Origin: Phoronis australis
Lineage: Eukaryota; Animalia; Phoronida
DNA length: 64,000 nucleotides
Reading direction: 5' to 3'
Assembly (NCBI GenBank): GCA_002633005.1
Contig: NMRA01000140.1
Span: 248,001 to 312,000, forward strand
Below, in pieces: positions 1 through 11,945 of the stretch (its first letter is position 1; the number at the start of each line of letters is the position of its first letter). The position numbers and the translations under genes are program-made. A model generated the notes under the pieces. The model had not been told where the DNA came from. It did no database searches and saw only the letters and a program-made list of their open reading frames with translations.

Positions 1-1344
1 ACTTTTTCAGTGCTACGCCGCCCATGTCAGGCCAATCTTCCTGAATTGATAACACATCCTACTCAGTAAAAATCGAAAAAGAATCAAAATCGGAGCAAGC
101 ACTGTTGTTATTGCAATTTTTGTGGCGAAATTTGGGTCACTTTGTTTGGATCGCGTCGGCCATATTGGAGGACAGCGGTATAAGTTACGAATTTAAATCT
201 TTGTGTAAATTGTTTTCGCCAACAATTTACGGTGAAATTTAGTGAGACATATCTTTACTTACTATTCTGTACGATTCAACAGTGTTCACTAAATTTCAGC
301 CTCGCAGTTGTTACTCATTAAGTGATAAATGTGCTCACAATTCCCGTTGGACTTCGTCTCTGGTGGCACCGACAACATGGTGACTTTTGCTGAACTGAAA
401 GGCATGTTCAACATGTTACTTTGTAATTTGTGAAGATTTAACGTTGATACATTTTGACAAACGTTACTACAAAAAAGGAACTTTGTTCAAGTTTCGTGTT
501 TTTTGTGCAAAAATATAAGATAATTCGAATTATTTTACGGTGAATTTCCCATTCAGGTGATCTTACACTAAGCTAAAAAAATACTTGAAATAATTTTGAA
601 ATGGTTTTTTGTTTGACTATCAACTGCTGTTCAAGGCTTGATTAGGTGTCACAAAATGATTCATATTTTTCTAAATTTTAAGTCTCAAATGCTTTCAAGT
701 CATGTTTTGTAACTTATTGCTTCTTAATTCAGGTTATCAAGTCAACAATATGAATAATCTTAATTTGAGAAATAAGCTATGTTGGATTGTGAAACTTCAA
801 GGTTCCAATTCTTGTTCCTTGCAACTTCATATTCTTTCCATCATGCTTGTCAAATTCTGGTGTAATGAAACACTATTTCGGTCACCATGGTAATAGTTAC
901 ATGTATGTCCACTTTCATATCGTGGAAACTTTTGCTGTTGAATAGTGTTTGTAATGCTAAATGTTCTAAAGTATTGTGCATTTAAGTTACTTATTATGTT
1001 AAAAGGTTGAATCATTTTGGCTTAACGAATAACAAATGATAACATTTTGTGTTGGACTTGTCATACATATGTGCTTGAAGGAGCCCCCTATTTGGAAAAA
1101 TGGAAAAAGGTCTGCCTCACTCAGAGAAGCACGAACTCCGAAAAAAGTAGAAAACGAGACGATATTCCACTAGAAGACAGGATGTACCAAAATGTAGCGC
1201 CTGCAATTCATAACTGAACATACTCAGTGAATCTTATAGTAAAAGGTAGACATTCCCAAAAATTCCAGCCCCCCATTTTTTAAATTTGGTGCGCTCATAC
1301 AAAGTCTGGGAAAATCTCTGTTGAAAGCCAACAACTTTGCACAG
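1..1344. mobile_element. Dispersed repeat, inverted copy of about 53069-54400 (probable non-autonomous DNA transposon interior)
   Basis: Reverse-complement similarity throughout (ORF 702-893 vs 53459-53701); the 53-kb copy extends to ...GAGACCAGGACT|TTAA at 54885. Confidence 0.75.
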
Positions 1345-1393
1345 CTACGGAATGATCCTGAATATGGCGCATTAGATAATAAAACAAATGAAG
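1344..1393 (+). pseudogene. 3' remnant of exon 1 of the SGNH-like gene, copy A (anchor, Cys module and GDS motif absent in window)
   Basis: Matches 36575-36624 (LRNDPEYGALDNKTNE); donor GT at 1394 intact; upstream sequence is an unrelated repeat. Confidence 0.8.
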
Positions 1394-2319
1394 GTATTGT
1401 TTCTTATATTTTGACTTTTACATTGCCATCTCGGAGTTCGGGTCAGGAAGTTAATGTCTGGCTATTTTATTGCCCTCCGTGAACTAAACAATGATATTTT
1501 TCATAGGCGGACTTAGGGGTGGGGGGCAGGGACCCCCCTTGGCTGCCGCAAAAAAAAACAGCAAGAACGTTAACAAATAGTGAGTTTATTAATTAACCCT
1601 GGTAATTAACATTACACGGCTGAAACAAGATTTGACAAAACCTAAGCAAAAACTCCACGATTAGTGATTAAATGAAAACTGTGTAAAGGAAGAGTGACAA
1701 GTAGGCTACGCTATCTCTTCTATCATGACTCATTAATGTAATTACAACCGATACAAAAAAATTAAAAATCAAAGTAGTCCTCAGAAATGTGTCGCTCTCT
1801 GAAAGTTACAACCCGTACGGCAAAATCGATTTTAGTCATCAGGGAGCACACACCAGGTCTTCAGTTGATGCTCTGACCCGACTCGGGTCTTGTCGCTCGT
1901 TCCGCCCCCCCCCCCCCCCCCCNCTTGTCGCTCGTCCCCCCCCCGGCTCCAGAAAGCGCCGGCGCAGGTGATCGGCCGCGGGCGCGACGATCAGGAAGCT
2001 TCGGCGGGTGGGCACCCGTTGTTCCGCCTGGCGCCGGTGGTGCAAGTGCAGGTCGCGCGACGATCAGGAAGTTTTGAAGGGTTTACGTCGCGAAACGAGA
2101 GATGTGTGGATTACATCGACACATTTTAAAATGCGTGTTTCCACTATATCGTGCCACTGCTGGATTACATCGACGCATTCTATTGTGCCACTGTTGCCTA
2201 CGTTATACGTCGTCGTAGTAGACGTGCGAAACTAGCCACTTCGACTACATCAACCGTTTTTTAGGCCAATCTTCTTGAATTGATTGCACAATTAGTAATA
2301 GCGTGTGAAATAATTACGT

Positions 2320-3045
2320 TTATATGCTCTAACTGGGAAGCGATACCGAAGCTAGTTTACAGTGAAACAACACGTGTAGGTGAGATAAAAGGTCATATAT
2401 ATTATGACAATCTAAACTACTACAGATATAGATAAATACAAAAGTTATATGATATGTTGAGCTGTAAAGATGGGTGACAATCTGCGACAGTCAGTCGGAC
2501 AAGGAGCACTATAGGAGGTGCAATGCAGCAATGAAGGTATACACAAGTGTTGAACTAGGAAGATAAGTAACAATATGCGGGAGGGGGCAAAGCAGCAACA
2601 CCAGGAAAGCCACATGGGAAAATTAGGTGTAAACAGGGAAGTAAGGAAAATTGGATTGAGGGAGGGAGGGAAAGAGAAATTGACTGAAAACTCGAAAACT
2701 GGAGAGAAGTATGGATGATGGCCCGTGTTGCGACAAGACAAAGAGATCACGTGGTACAATTAAACTAATAATCGAACAAAGAGGGTCACTGACCCGAGAA
2801 ATCAAACAATGTGATAATGAGGACGAAGCAGTATTCAGCTTACATAAAATAATTCAATACTTATATAATATTTATATGCGCTAACTGCGAAGCGATACCG
2901 AAACTAGTTTACAGTGAAACAACACGTGTAGGTGAGATAAAAGGTCATATATATTATGACAAACTAAACTACTACAGACATTGATAAATACAAAAGTTAT
3001 ATAACATGTTGAACTGTAAAGATGGGTCACAATCCGCCACAGATG
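2320..3045 (+). repeat. Pair of ~170-bp direct repeats (about 2320-2490 and 2872-3042)
   Basis: Shared GAAGCGATACCGAA..TAGTTTACAGTGAAACAACACGTGTAGGTGAGATAAAAGGTCATATATATTATGACAA. Confidence 0.9.
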
Positions 3046-4498
3046 CAGCAGAAGGATGCATCCGCCCACTAATTACATCTGTTAACCTGGTGTAGTGCTA
3101 AAGGAACTCGCTTTTCCCTTTGACCAATTTGGAACAGAATCGAGTTGATGCCGTGTTTTTACCATATTCGGCCACTGACGCTATCCCTGATCTGTATCTG
3201 ATTTGGTGGCAATGCCCTCCTGAAAAGATCGATCCGCATACATTTCATAAAAATTTCCAGTGACAGCTGTGTTATAGCCGCCAAAGCACCATCTGGGGTG
3301 GCTTACAAGAAACCGTTTTACTAACTCAGATCCCCCTCAAGTTACGGCGTGCCGTAACCTAAGCGGTCTTTATCAAAATTGCACGATTGTTGCAAATGAC
3401 TAATTCGAAGAGTGTTAAAGTGACCTCAGGGTCAAATAACAGTTCTCCGTCATATTTTGTGATTTTCAGTGTGGCAAATCCGCGCTTAAGTAACACAATA
3501 GTCTATGAATTCCTCCAAAAATAAAACTAAATGCATTATTTCCGAACCAAACAAATTTATGATCGCCTTAGTTTTTTCTCCAGGATTCACAGCTAGGTCG
3601 CTTGTACATTACGTACACACTTCTATGTAATTTGTTTGGCTATCAGACACTCCTTAGTGCTCGTCGTTTTAAACAAAATATGTAACATCAATGATTTTGA
3701 GAAATTTACAAGTACTAAAAACTGTCGTATTAGATATTAACAGAAGCTGCATTTCTTGAAAGAAAAAATTGTATTTATGTGATTATCGAACAACTTAAAC
3801 GGAAATTTTTGGACAAGATTGTCTATAAAATGGATAATACTATTATCCACTTTAAATACAATAAGATAGCGTAAAAGGCTGTTCAAATTTATAGGTAACG
3901 GTGTCACATAAAATTTGTCAAGTGTCGTAGCGGACATAATTGGGACGTTATACATTCTCATTTGGGATATTAGCCAGAGCCATAGAAATAGAGCTCTTTT
4001 GGTAATAACGACTTTTTCATACATGCTGTCTACAACTTATAAGCAGCTAATTCGTGAGAGGCACCACAACTGCAGGACCTGAAAAAACTTGTCTGTTGCA
4101 ATGGCATTCAAATCCCGCAAGCTAATAACTTTATGCTACAAAATTCCGGTAAGCAGTCAAGAGAACCCAAATTATATCCGCATGTGGTCCCTCGCCTGGG
4201 AGCCACTGTTTCCCTTACCTGCATGTGTACCTAAGCTCCGCAATTAGGACCAGCTTCACAATGTAGGGGCATGCTCACAATTGCCGGGTTTTACGGTGTC
4301 GGCGTTTGTCGACGCATTTGACCAAGAACTTCTATAAAATGCATCGGTTCGGATGTGGGCGCTTCAGTTTGCAAGCGCACGTTCATGGTAATGAAATATT
4401 ATCAATAGCATATCAAAAACACCATGAAACAACCCCACCAGTCGATCAAGTGTCAAATTAGAACAACCGCAAACACTAAAATAATGACGATATGTTAA

Positions 4499-5194
4499 AG
4501 GCGAAGCAAACCTTTTTTCGTGTCATTTTTAGAAAAAATAAGCTTCGTTGGTTATTCTAAACAAATTTTCCACTTCATTACAGCTTTTCGTATTTTAATT
4601 AATTATTCGTTCTCTACTCCGGAAATGACCTTTTGGGAGGCAAGAATTTCGTGCCAATTTCTTTTCATATAGTCTAACTGTGAGAGCTGCCGAGTCAGTC
4701 ATTGATCTACCTCGGTTGTGATACGTTTCGGTCGTCGATTACTTTTGTTTACCAGTCAGTCAACATGCCACACTGTTGCTGCGTTCTGGGATGTGCTCAT
4801 TATCGTCTCCCGGACAGAGGAACTGTCCCACTTGCCCGCGACACACTCCCACTGATTTGTAACCTGAGCACACAAACTGCTTCCCCCCGCCGTGTGACTC
4901 CCTCGCCACACACCTGGCATATTCTAAATAGCTCCAATACGGTAGACAAGTCCACAGTAAGCTTTTCCAAGTTTGGCTCACCGATCTGTTCATTGAACGA
5001 CGAACAGTCCTCTTCACTGTGCCTGTATTTACTCCCACTACTCAACATCGCAGCAGGTCTGCTTACAGGCTTTGGGCCATAATGAGTACATCCCGGTACG
5101 TAATTAATTAAATTACGAAAAGCTGTAATTAATTGGAAAGTATGTCTGGTGTAACCAATGAATCTTATTTTTGCTAAAAAAGTTGCCTTCGCCT
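4499..5194 (-). mobile_element. Non-autonomous Kolobok-like DNA transposon (internally deleted)
   Basis: TTAA at 4495-4498 and 5195-5198; termini AGGCGAAG...CTTCGCCT (5'-RR...YY-3'); THAP start MPHCCCVLGC at 4765; minus-strand relic EKLTVDLSTVLELFRICQVC resembles the Cys-finger region of Kolobok transposases. Confidence 0.8.
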
Positions 5195-5750
5195 TTAATT
5201 AGCTGATATTGAACTCCGAATATTTATTGGTGGTTGTGAAAACTTAATCTTTGACCATGCTGTTGTTCTTTCCACCTGTTCGTGGGACATCGGAGAAGCG
5301 CGGATATGGCACACGTTTGTACTAGACACACTGGCGCTGGTACGTTCAAACGTTATACTCATGTCCGCAGACCTCAGAAACTTTCAACTGAATTTGCTTT
5401 TCTTCTATTTTTTCGTTTTTTTGGGATATTGAAATCACGATTGTAATATGCAGTGCTATCAAAGGTTTAATGATGCTAACATTGTAGGTAATTGTCAAAA
5501 TAAGGTAAATGGTGGGTTTAACTGAGCAAGGTGGCTACGAGTCAGTCACCCTTGGCCTCGAGATACATGGCACATGCTATGTGTGAATTTCGTATCGATC
5601 GAATAAGGAATGAGATCTGTGGAACGACTACAAAAGTTCATCGAGGCCTATTCAATAAAAGATGAGTCGTTTGTCACTCTGACCAGAAATATCGAATATC
5701 TAGAACGGTTAGTCGGCAAGAGAAACGGATGACACAATCCAGATAGCGTT

Positions 5751-6768
5751 TACCAAGGTCTGTCCATGAGGATTTTCTAAAAGATCCTCAAAAGACGGCA
5801 GAGATACGACACTAAAATTCAGTCAATGAAAGATCATCCACAGGAAAATCTTGGAAACTCGAGAGCGGTTCAGTCCGAAAGAAAAGCAAATGGCACAATC
5901 CCGATAGCCCTTCTATCGAATGGAAAAATCATGAAATCGCTCCAACTGGAGACAGCGGAGCAAACCAAAAAAGTGAAAAGTGGCCGCCACAACGGCGTCT
6001 TGCGTCCGATTTCAACCAAAGCAAAGGCTTCGAGCTTTTCACGCTGGTCGTCGCATAAAAAGTGCGACCTGTATCGCGCGAACAAAGAAACAAACAAAAA
6101 TGAAAACGCTCTGAAGAGCGACACTTGGTCAAATCAAATAAAATTTTTTAAGGTGAGGTGGACAACGAAACCGATATATTAAATAGCCATTGATGAGATC
6201 TATTTACATACCAAATTTGAAAAGTTCGGTCAAAGCAAAATGTCCGTCATACCGCCATCTTGCGTCCAAGTTCGCCCAAGAGCAAAAATGCTATTGACTA
6301 ATTGAACTCTGTACGTAAATTTCATGCAGATCAGACGAAAAATTAAATCTGTAACACAAATATGATAGGCTAACAAAGTGAAGCTATATATAACGTCAAC
6401 AAAAGAACAGTGACCTGAGTAGTAAATTTCGAATATTGTGAGAATGGTAAGTCGACTAGCAAAAAACGGGTTCCCGGCCGCCACAGCGCCATCTTGTATT
6501 TTATTTTAACAAAAAATAGGCTTCGAGCCATTCACGGAACACATGCCGTCTGTAAATTTAACGTTGATCTTATAAGAGTTGCGATCTGTAGCGTGCGAAT
6601 AAAGAAACAAATATACAAGAAATTATGACAAAGCAACAAACTTTTTAGAAATTTTATTTCAGCATAGGCTGCCAGCTCCGTATATTTTCAACGCATAAGC
6701 AGTGACGTCACTATTCACTAGCGATACCTGGCAGACAGAGCGCGCTTCCGGCTACGTCGTCTGCTAAT
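5751..6768. repeat. Probable non-autonomous element with internal sub-repeats (copy B about 39281-40343)
   Basis: Starts AACAAGGTCTGTCC in copy B; recurring (CC/GT)AAATTT(G/C/A) blocks; terminal hairpin GCAGAC...GTCTGC (6731-6764); class uncertain. Confidence 0.35.
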
Positions 6769-6830
6769 CAGGGTCACTTTGTTTCGGTTTGGATCGGCAA
6801 TTTTGCCGAACTCGTATTCATGTTTAAATA

Positions 6831-7176
6831 CATAGGCGGATTTAGGGACGGAGGGGGGGGGGGCTTGCCTGCTGCAATAAAAAAAAACATCAAGAACGTG
6901 AGGAAATATTGAGTTTATTAATTAACCCCTGTAATTAACATGCGGCTGGAACAAGATTTAACAATGGTGTGCAGTTTTAGTTTGTGTGTCCGAATCAGAC
7001 CGCCGCCGGAATCGTTTTCCTGTTTTTTAACCCTCCGTTTGATTTTCAGTAAAAGGTCCGCGTTCCAAGAAATTCGAGCCCCATATATTTTAGGCTGGGT
7101 GCGCATGGGATCGTGCTTGCCTGATTGCCCGAGACAAAATGTTGGGCACCCTCATGATATCCTAGATCCGCCACTG
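6831..7176. mobile_element. MITE of the CA(G/T/C)xGGCGGAT(C/T)TAG family
   Basis: CATAGGCGGATTTAG...CTAGATCCGCCACTG; copy at about 40405-40739; related left ends at about 1502 and 36733. Confidence 0.75.
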
Positions 7177-8681
7177 AAATATTGAACGCTAGTAAACATT
7201 AACTTCTAAAACAAAGCTCATATTAATACTCCAGAAATAACCACCAGGGATACTCAAAATCTGTCTCGCACTTCCAACAGCAGTTTACATGTACATACTC
7301 CACAGGATGTTTCATTTTAAGCTTGAATGCACGCCGGGGCCGCTCAAAATTTGTGGAGTCTTAGTCTATGAATATGCTATCAAATAATGCCGAAATTATT
7401 TTTTTTTCGTTGTGCTGGACAGCAAAATAGATGCAAGAATTTCCCGTCACAATACACTAACCGGAAGCAGTGTTTGCTGTGTTTAGAGGGTGGCGCCTAA
7501 GATATTACGCAAGAAAATGGCAGTAGTTGCGAATCCGTTGTCTATAATCTATGATTTCAGCAAATAAAAGTATCATGACAAAGCTTGTCCTTTGTCAAGT
7601 AATGATAATGCCAGGTACAAGTACTCACGAAACCTCTTTTAAAGCTCCTACGACTCAGGACCCACTGACTATAATTCATCTTACAACCGGCTTGGCGTTT
7701 CTCCGCAATTTATCATGCACGCACCCGGGGGGGGGCGCGTGGGCCCCCATTTGGCAAAGTAGGTAAAAGGGTCCGCCTCAGAGAAACAAAAATTCCGAAA
7801 AAACGAGACAAATGTCCACTAAAAACGCGCAGACGCACAGTTCATAGACCTGAAGGCGGTACCCCGTTTTTTTGTCCTCCCGCTTTTATGTTAGCAAAAG
7901 TCCACTTTGTCAGATTCGAGCCCCCCATATTAAAGGCTGAGTGCGCGCATGTTTATCATACATGTAAGCTAGTTTGTGTTGCGAGCGACTTATGCTGTCT
8001 GCCAAACATTTTTCACTTCCAAGGGTAATTCATGCCACCCCGAAAATCGTGGGTACAAAATGCTTTTAAAGTCCATACTTTTCTGATATGTCTCCATGTT
8101 TTGGAACACTGTATGCAACATTGAAGACCTTATCTCAAGGAGTTACTCCAATTCAAACACTTGAAACCATATCAAATTAAACAATATTTGTCATACAGTG
8201 ACTTGAAAATATCATGGCTACTATTCTATGTTGTAATTAAACTGTTCAGTCAGCGATACCCGGGTCCCAATTCAACTGTAGCCTAATCAAATTTAAATTC
8301 AAAGTGTGGAGCTGGCCAGGGAATATTTCAAGGGCTTCAATTTGTATCATCGAGTACGGAAGCAAAGCACCGACAAAATGGTTTGGAATCAAGTGTGGCA
8401 CTTGCTCCGGGCACCACTTCAATGGGATTTGAAATGAAATGTAGGTGACGAAAAGTGGTCGCAACGAGGAACGATGAGTTTTATGTTAAAGGGGTCGCCG
8501 AAAATAAGTGAATAGCGGAGACTCGAGAAAATTGGTGGTACTATTCGGCTTTAAAAATTCAAAGTAAAAAGTCTAAGCTAAGTGAAAGTTTATTGTTCTG
8601 GTAATGATATCTCGCAATACGCTAATGTTTAAACAATTTTCTTTTGGATAACATCATCTGTCGCTTTTGTTTTTCACTCAG

Positions 8682-8807
8682 ATATCCGCAAGGTATGCAA
8701 AGGTATGAAACAGTTTACAGAAAAAGTGTGCAGGAATCACGTGCAAGAAACTGGAAAAGTATGCAACGGGACAGTGGAAGTTCGACTGAATTCCGGATAC
8801 CGTGTCG
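8682..8807 (+). CDS. Exon 2 of the SGNH-like gene, copy A
   Basis: Same splice sites as 42208-42333; open frame (D)IRKVCKGMKQFTEKVCRNHVQETGKVCNGTVEVRLNSGYRV. Confidence 0.7.
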
Positions 8808-8820
8808 GTAAGCTTGTATA

Positions 8821-8995
8821 CTACTACTGCTGCAACGACGACTACGACTAACCTTTTACGACTACGACCAGCCTATTATGACTGCAACTAGCCTATTACG
8901 ACAACGGCTACCACTAACTTATTACGACAACGGCTACGACTAACCTATTACGACAACGGCTACGACTAGCCTATTACGACTACTACGACTACTAA
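8821..8995 (+). repeat. Minisatellite, ~26-bp unit ACTARCCTATTACGACAACGGCTACG with CTA/CGA microrepeats
   Basis: Several tandem units directly after exon 2; shorter array in copy B (about 42360-42482). Confidence 0.85.
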
Positions 8996-11945
8996 TTCTA
9001 AGTCTATGACAACCGTTTACCGGTAAATACCGGCATTTTACGGGATTTTTTAAGTCGGACAGGAATTTTGTATCTCCACTCGGTCCTTGCGACCAGTAAA
9101 ATATTGAATCATTTAGTGCAATGATCGAAATTAATCTGAAGCACGGGTCAATTAAAAACTGCAAATTTTGTGCATTTGTTTCCCCTAAAACATTTCAGTC
9201 AAATGATTTGCCAAAATGGTAAGGCTAGTTGCCGAAGCGAAAGTTAAATCGGTACTTTCTAACCGACACATGTGTCGAGTAGCTAAGTACCCAATTTCCC
9301 GAGGCAACATGTTGCCTTCCCCTTATGGTTTCCTAGATTCGCTACTGTCGTGCTTTGTATTTGGATTAAATACTAATTAATAAGCCCAGGTTAGATACCT
9401 ATGCCCATTTCAGTTGGCAGTGTTTTATACATGTAAATATAACTCTTCATTTCACTCTCATAGCATGAGGCACGCTTATCCCAAGTAAAAGAAGGCGGCT
9501 GTTGAAAGTTTTAAGCATTTGAAAACTACAGCAAAAGGATGTTTTACGAATGACATTCATAGCTGGGGCCAAACAGAACATTAATTTTTAAACTTAGTTT
9601 GGTGTCTTACTATGCAAAGACCATCTACTCTTATAGTGTGAAATTCCTTTTTTAATTCAAGTTCGTATGCCGCGTGGTACACTGTCTGACCTGAGTCTCA
9701 GAACTACTGATAACAGAGAAATAAATAACTGGTATGAATTAAGGATACTCCATACAAAATAATACGTAGGACCTGTTTACACTCAGAGTGTACATGTACA
9801 GTTCTCTGTTCCTCGTTAGTAGACTTAATCAATCACGAGTAACTGCGCAGTTCACTTTCAAACGTAACTACATTCGAAATTACCCGGGAGCATTTACAAA
9901 CAACAACATTTTGCTTCTCCTTGCATGAAACTTTGTAGAATATCCCTAAATAATTAAAAATGAGGTATTCACCAAGATGGAGTTGAGAAGTAATAACACG
10001 AACAGTATTTCCTTAACTCAGACTCGGATAGTGCATACATCACGACAACATTCTTTTTCATTATCATGTTCGGATGAATTCTAAAGTCTTGTAATTGGTT
10101 TTCTACAAATAAACTCGTAGAAAACGATAATGGGATAAAATTTTGTTTACATATCCTGTGACTCAAAACGCACCACTTAGGTAGGGCTACTGATCACAGT
10201 TGTCATCGAAACAATCTAACCTGACGAATCTGAAACACGGTTTCAATACATATCATGCAAATATAAGTATTCTGTGAAAATTCCCAAACTTAGGGCAGTC
10301 TCCCGAATTTCGGACATCTAAGTCCAACTCCACACACATTTTTTTATTCTAAACGGTCGAATTTGACATTTATTTCTGAAATTTCGGACACGTCGATTTT
10401 AGCGGCGTTGGCCATTATTCTCACATTTCGGACAGTGCGCCTTTCCGCATGATCGGATATTTGTCACGTACCCTTTGCCATGGCAGTGGGCTTGGATTGT
10501 AATCTCAACTCACTAACCAATATCGAGTTAACAGCATAAACATTCAAAATTCATTGATGTAACTGTCTCTGATAAACCTGTTAGAAGTCATTCCAAACAA
10601 TAACACTGCTTTGATGTACGAAAAGATCCCGAGTGCTACGTCAAGTATCGTAACACACATCACAACAAAGATTAACCCGACTGGCGACTGCCGCGAAGTC
10701 GACATCGGCGAGTACCTCTCAGTTAACAGGCATCAGTAGAATAAACTTGAATAATCGTTAAAATAATCACAAATCCTACCTTTGTATAAGGTCGTGCTTA
10801 CTTCCTCTCATAGAAGCACCCTTCTCACGCAATCTCAGGTTCAGTTGGCACGGCTACAAGCAATTTCGTATTTAAAGGGCTCGCGAAGTCGAGGCTGTTA
10901 ATCTATCACCACTAGTACACGCGCGCCCTCTAGTTAATGTAAATTTTCCGAATAGCCCCATTCAGATGTGTGTCTGTCCGTTCGTCCGTGGAACTGGAAG
11001 ACGCAAAATATTCAGTAACAGTTCACGGACACATAATTCGCAAAGTGGAACGCATTAAAGGCAAATTGCAAGCAAAACGGCAAATGACAATAAATGTTAC
11101 CTTAATGATGTCTTGAGACTCGCGCAGTGACCAGAACACATCTGACCAGTGTGACAATATTCGCAAGAGTGGCTGACCATGCCATATAACCCGCACTCGG
11201 TCATTCATAAACAAAATAGTGTTCACAGAACTCATAGCACAATGCGCAGTAGGCGGAGCTGACTTCATTAACAGTGAAATTCAACTTGACCGCTTGATCT
11301 TTCGGGTGCTTCACTATCCCTTCTCCAAAACTCCGACTTGCACAAACACAAACCGTCACTACGTTCTTATCATATTGCAACTTTTGACATCGCGTGAAAA
11401 ATTTGGAAGTGAACGACAAAAATCAGGTCATTTGTTTCGTTCACCGTGTTCCCTGAATATCTTATTCAGCCAGGCCCGCGTCATCGTGTTATGATCAAAG
11501 TAGGCCTACATGCCTAAGTCACACACAGCGTAATTGAATCAATCTATTATTGAATTTTTGTTGAATGAGAAGTTCGTCATAGCGACGGCTTTGGTAAAAA
11601 ATATTATGGTCGGCAGTATGAAATTCTTAGATTCAAGGGATATTTTTTATTGCCGAAAAATCAATTTAAGGATTTTTGTTGGAATGGGACAAACTTTTGA
11701 AGTTATTAGTTTAGTCTTTGAGATTGTGTTACATATCACCAACTCTCGACGTTTTCTTGCAGTTATTTGCTGAAATTTAAGTCGGTGACTTAGCCAGTTA
11801 AACACGCTTAAAATACTTGGTCATTAATTGAAGGTGGTTTAGTTCCGCCAGCGCAGCTTTAGACTGAAATTCCGCACTGAAGCTGATCTCAGAAAATCAC
11901 TTTTCTCGTTAGTTAAGGCCTAATTCTAGTCGTTTATTTTTTCAG

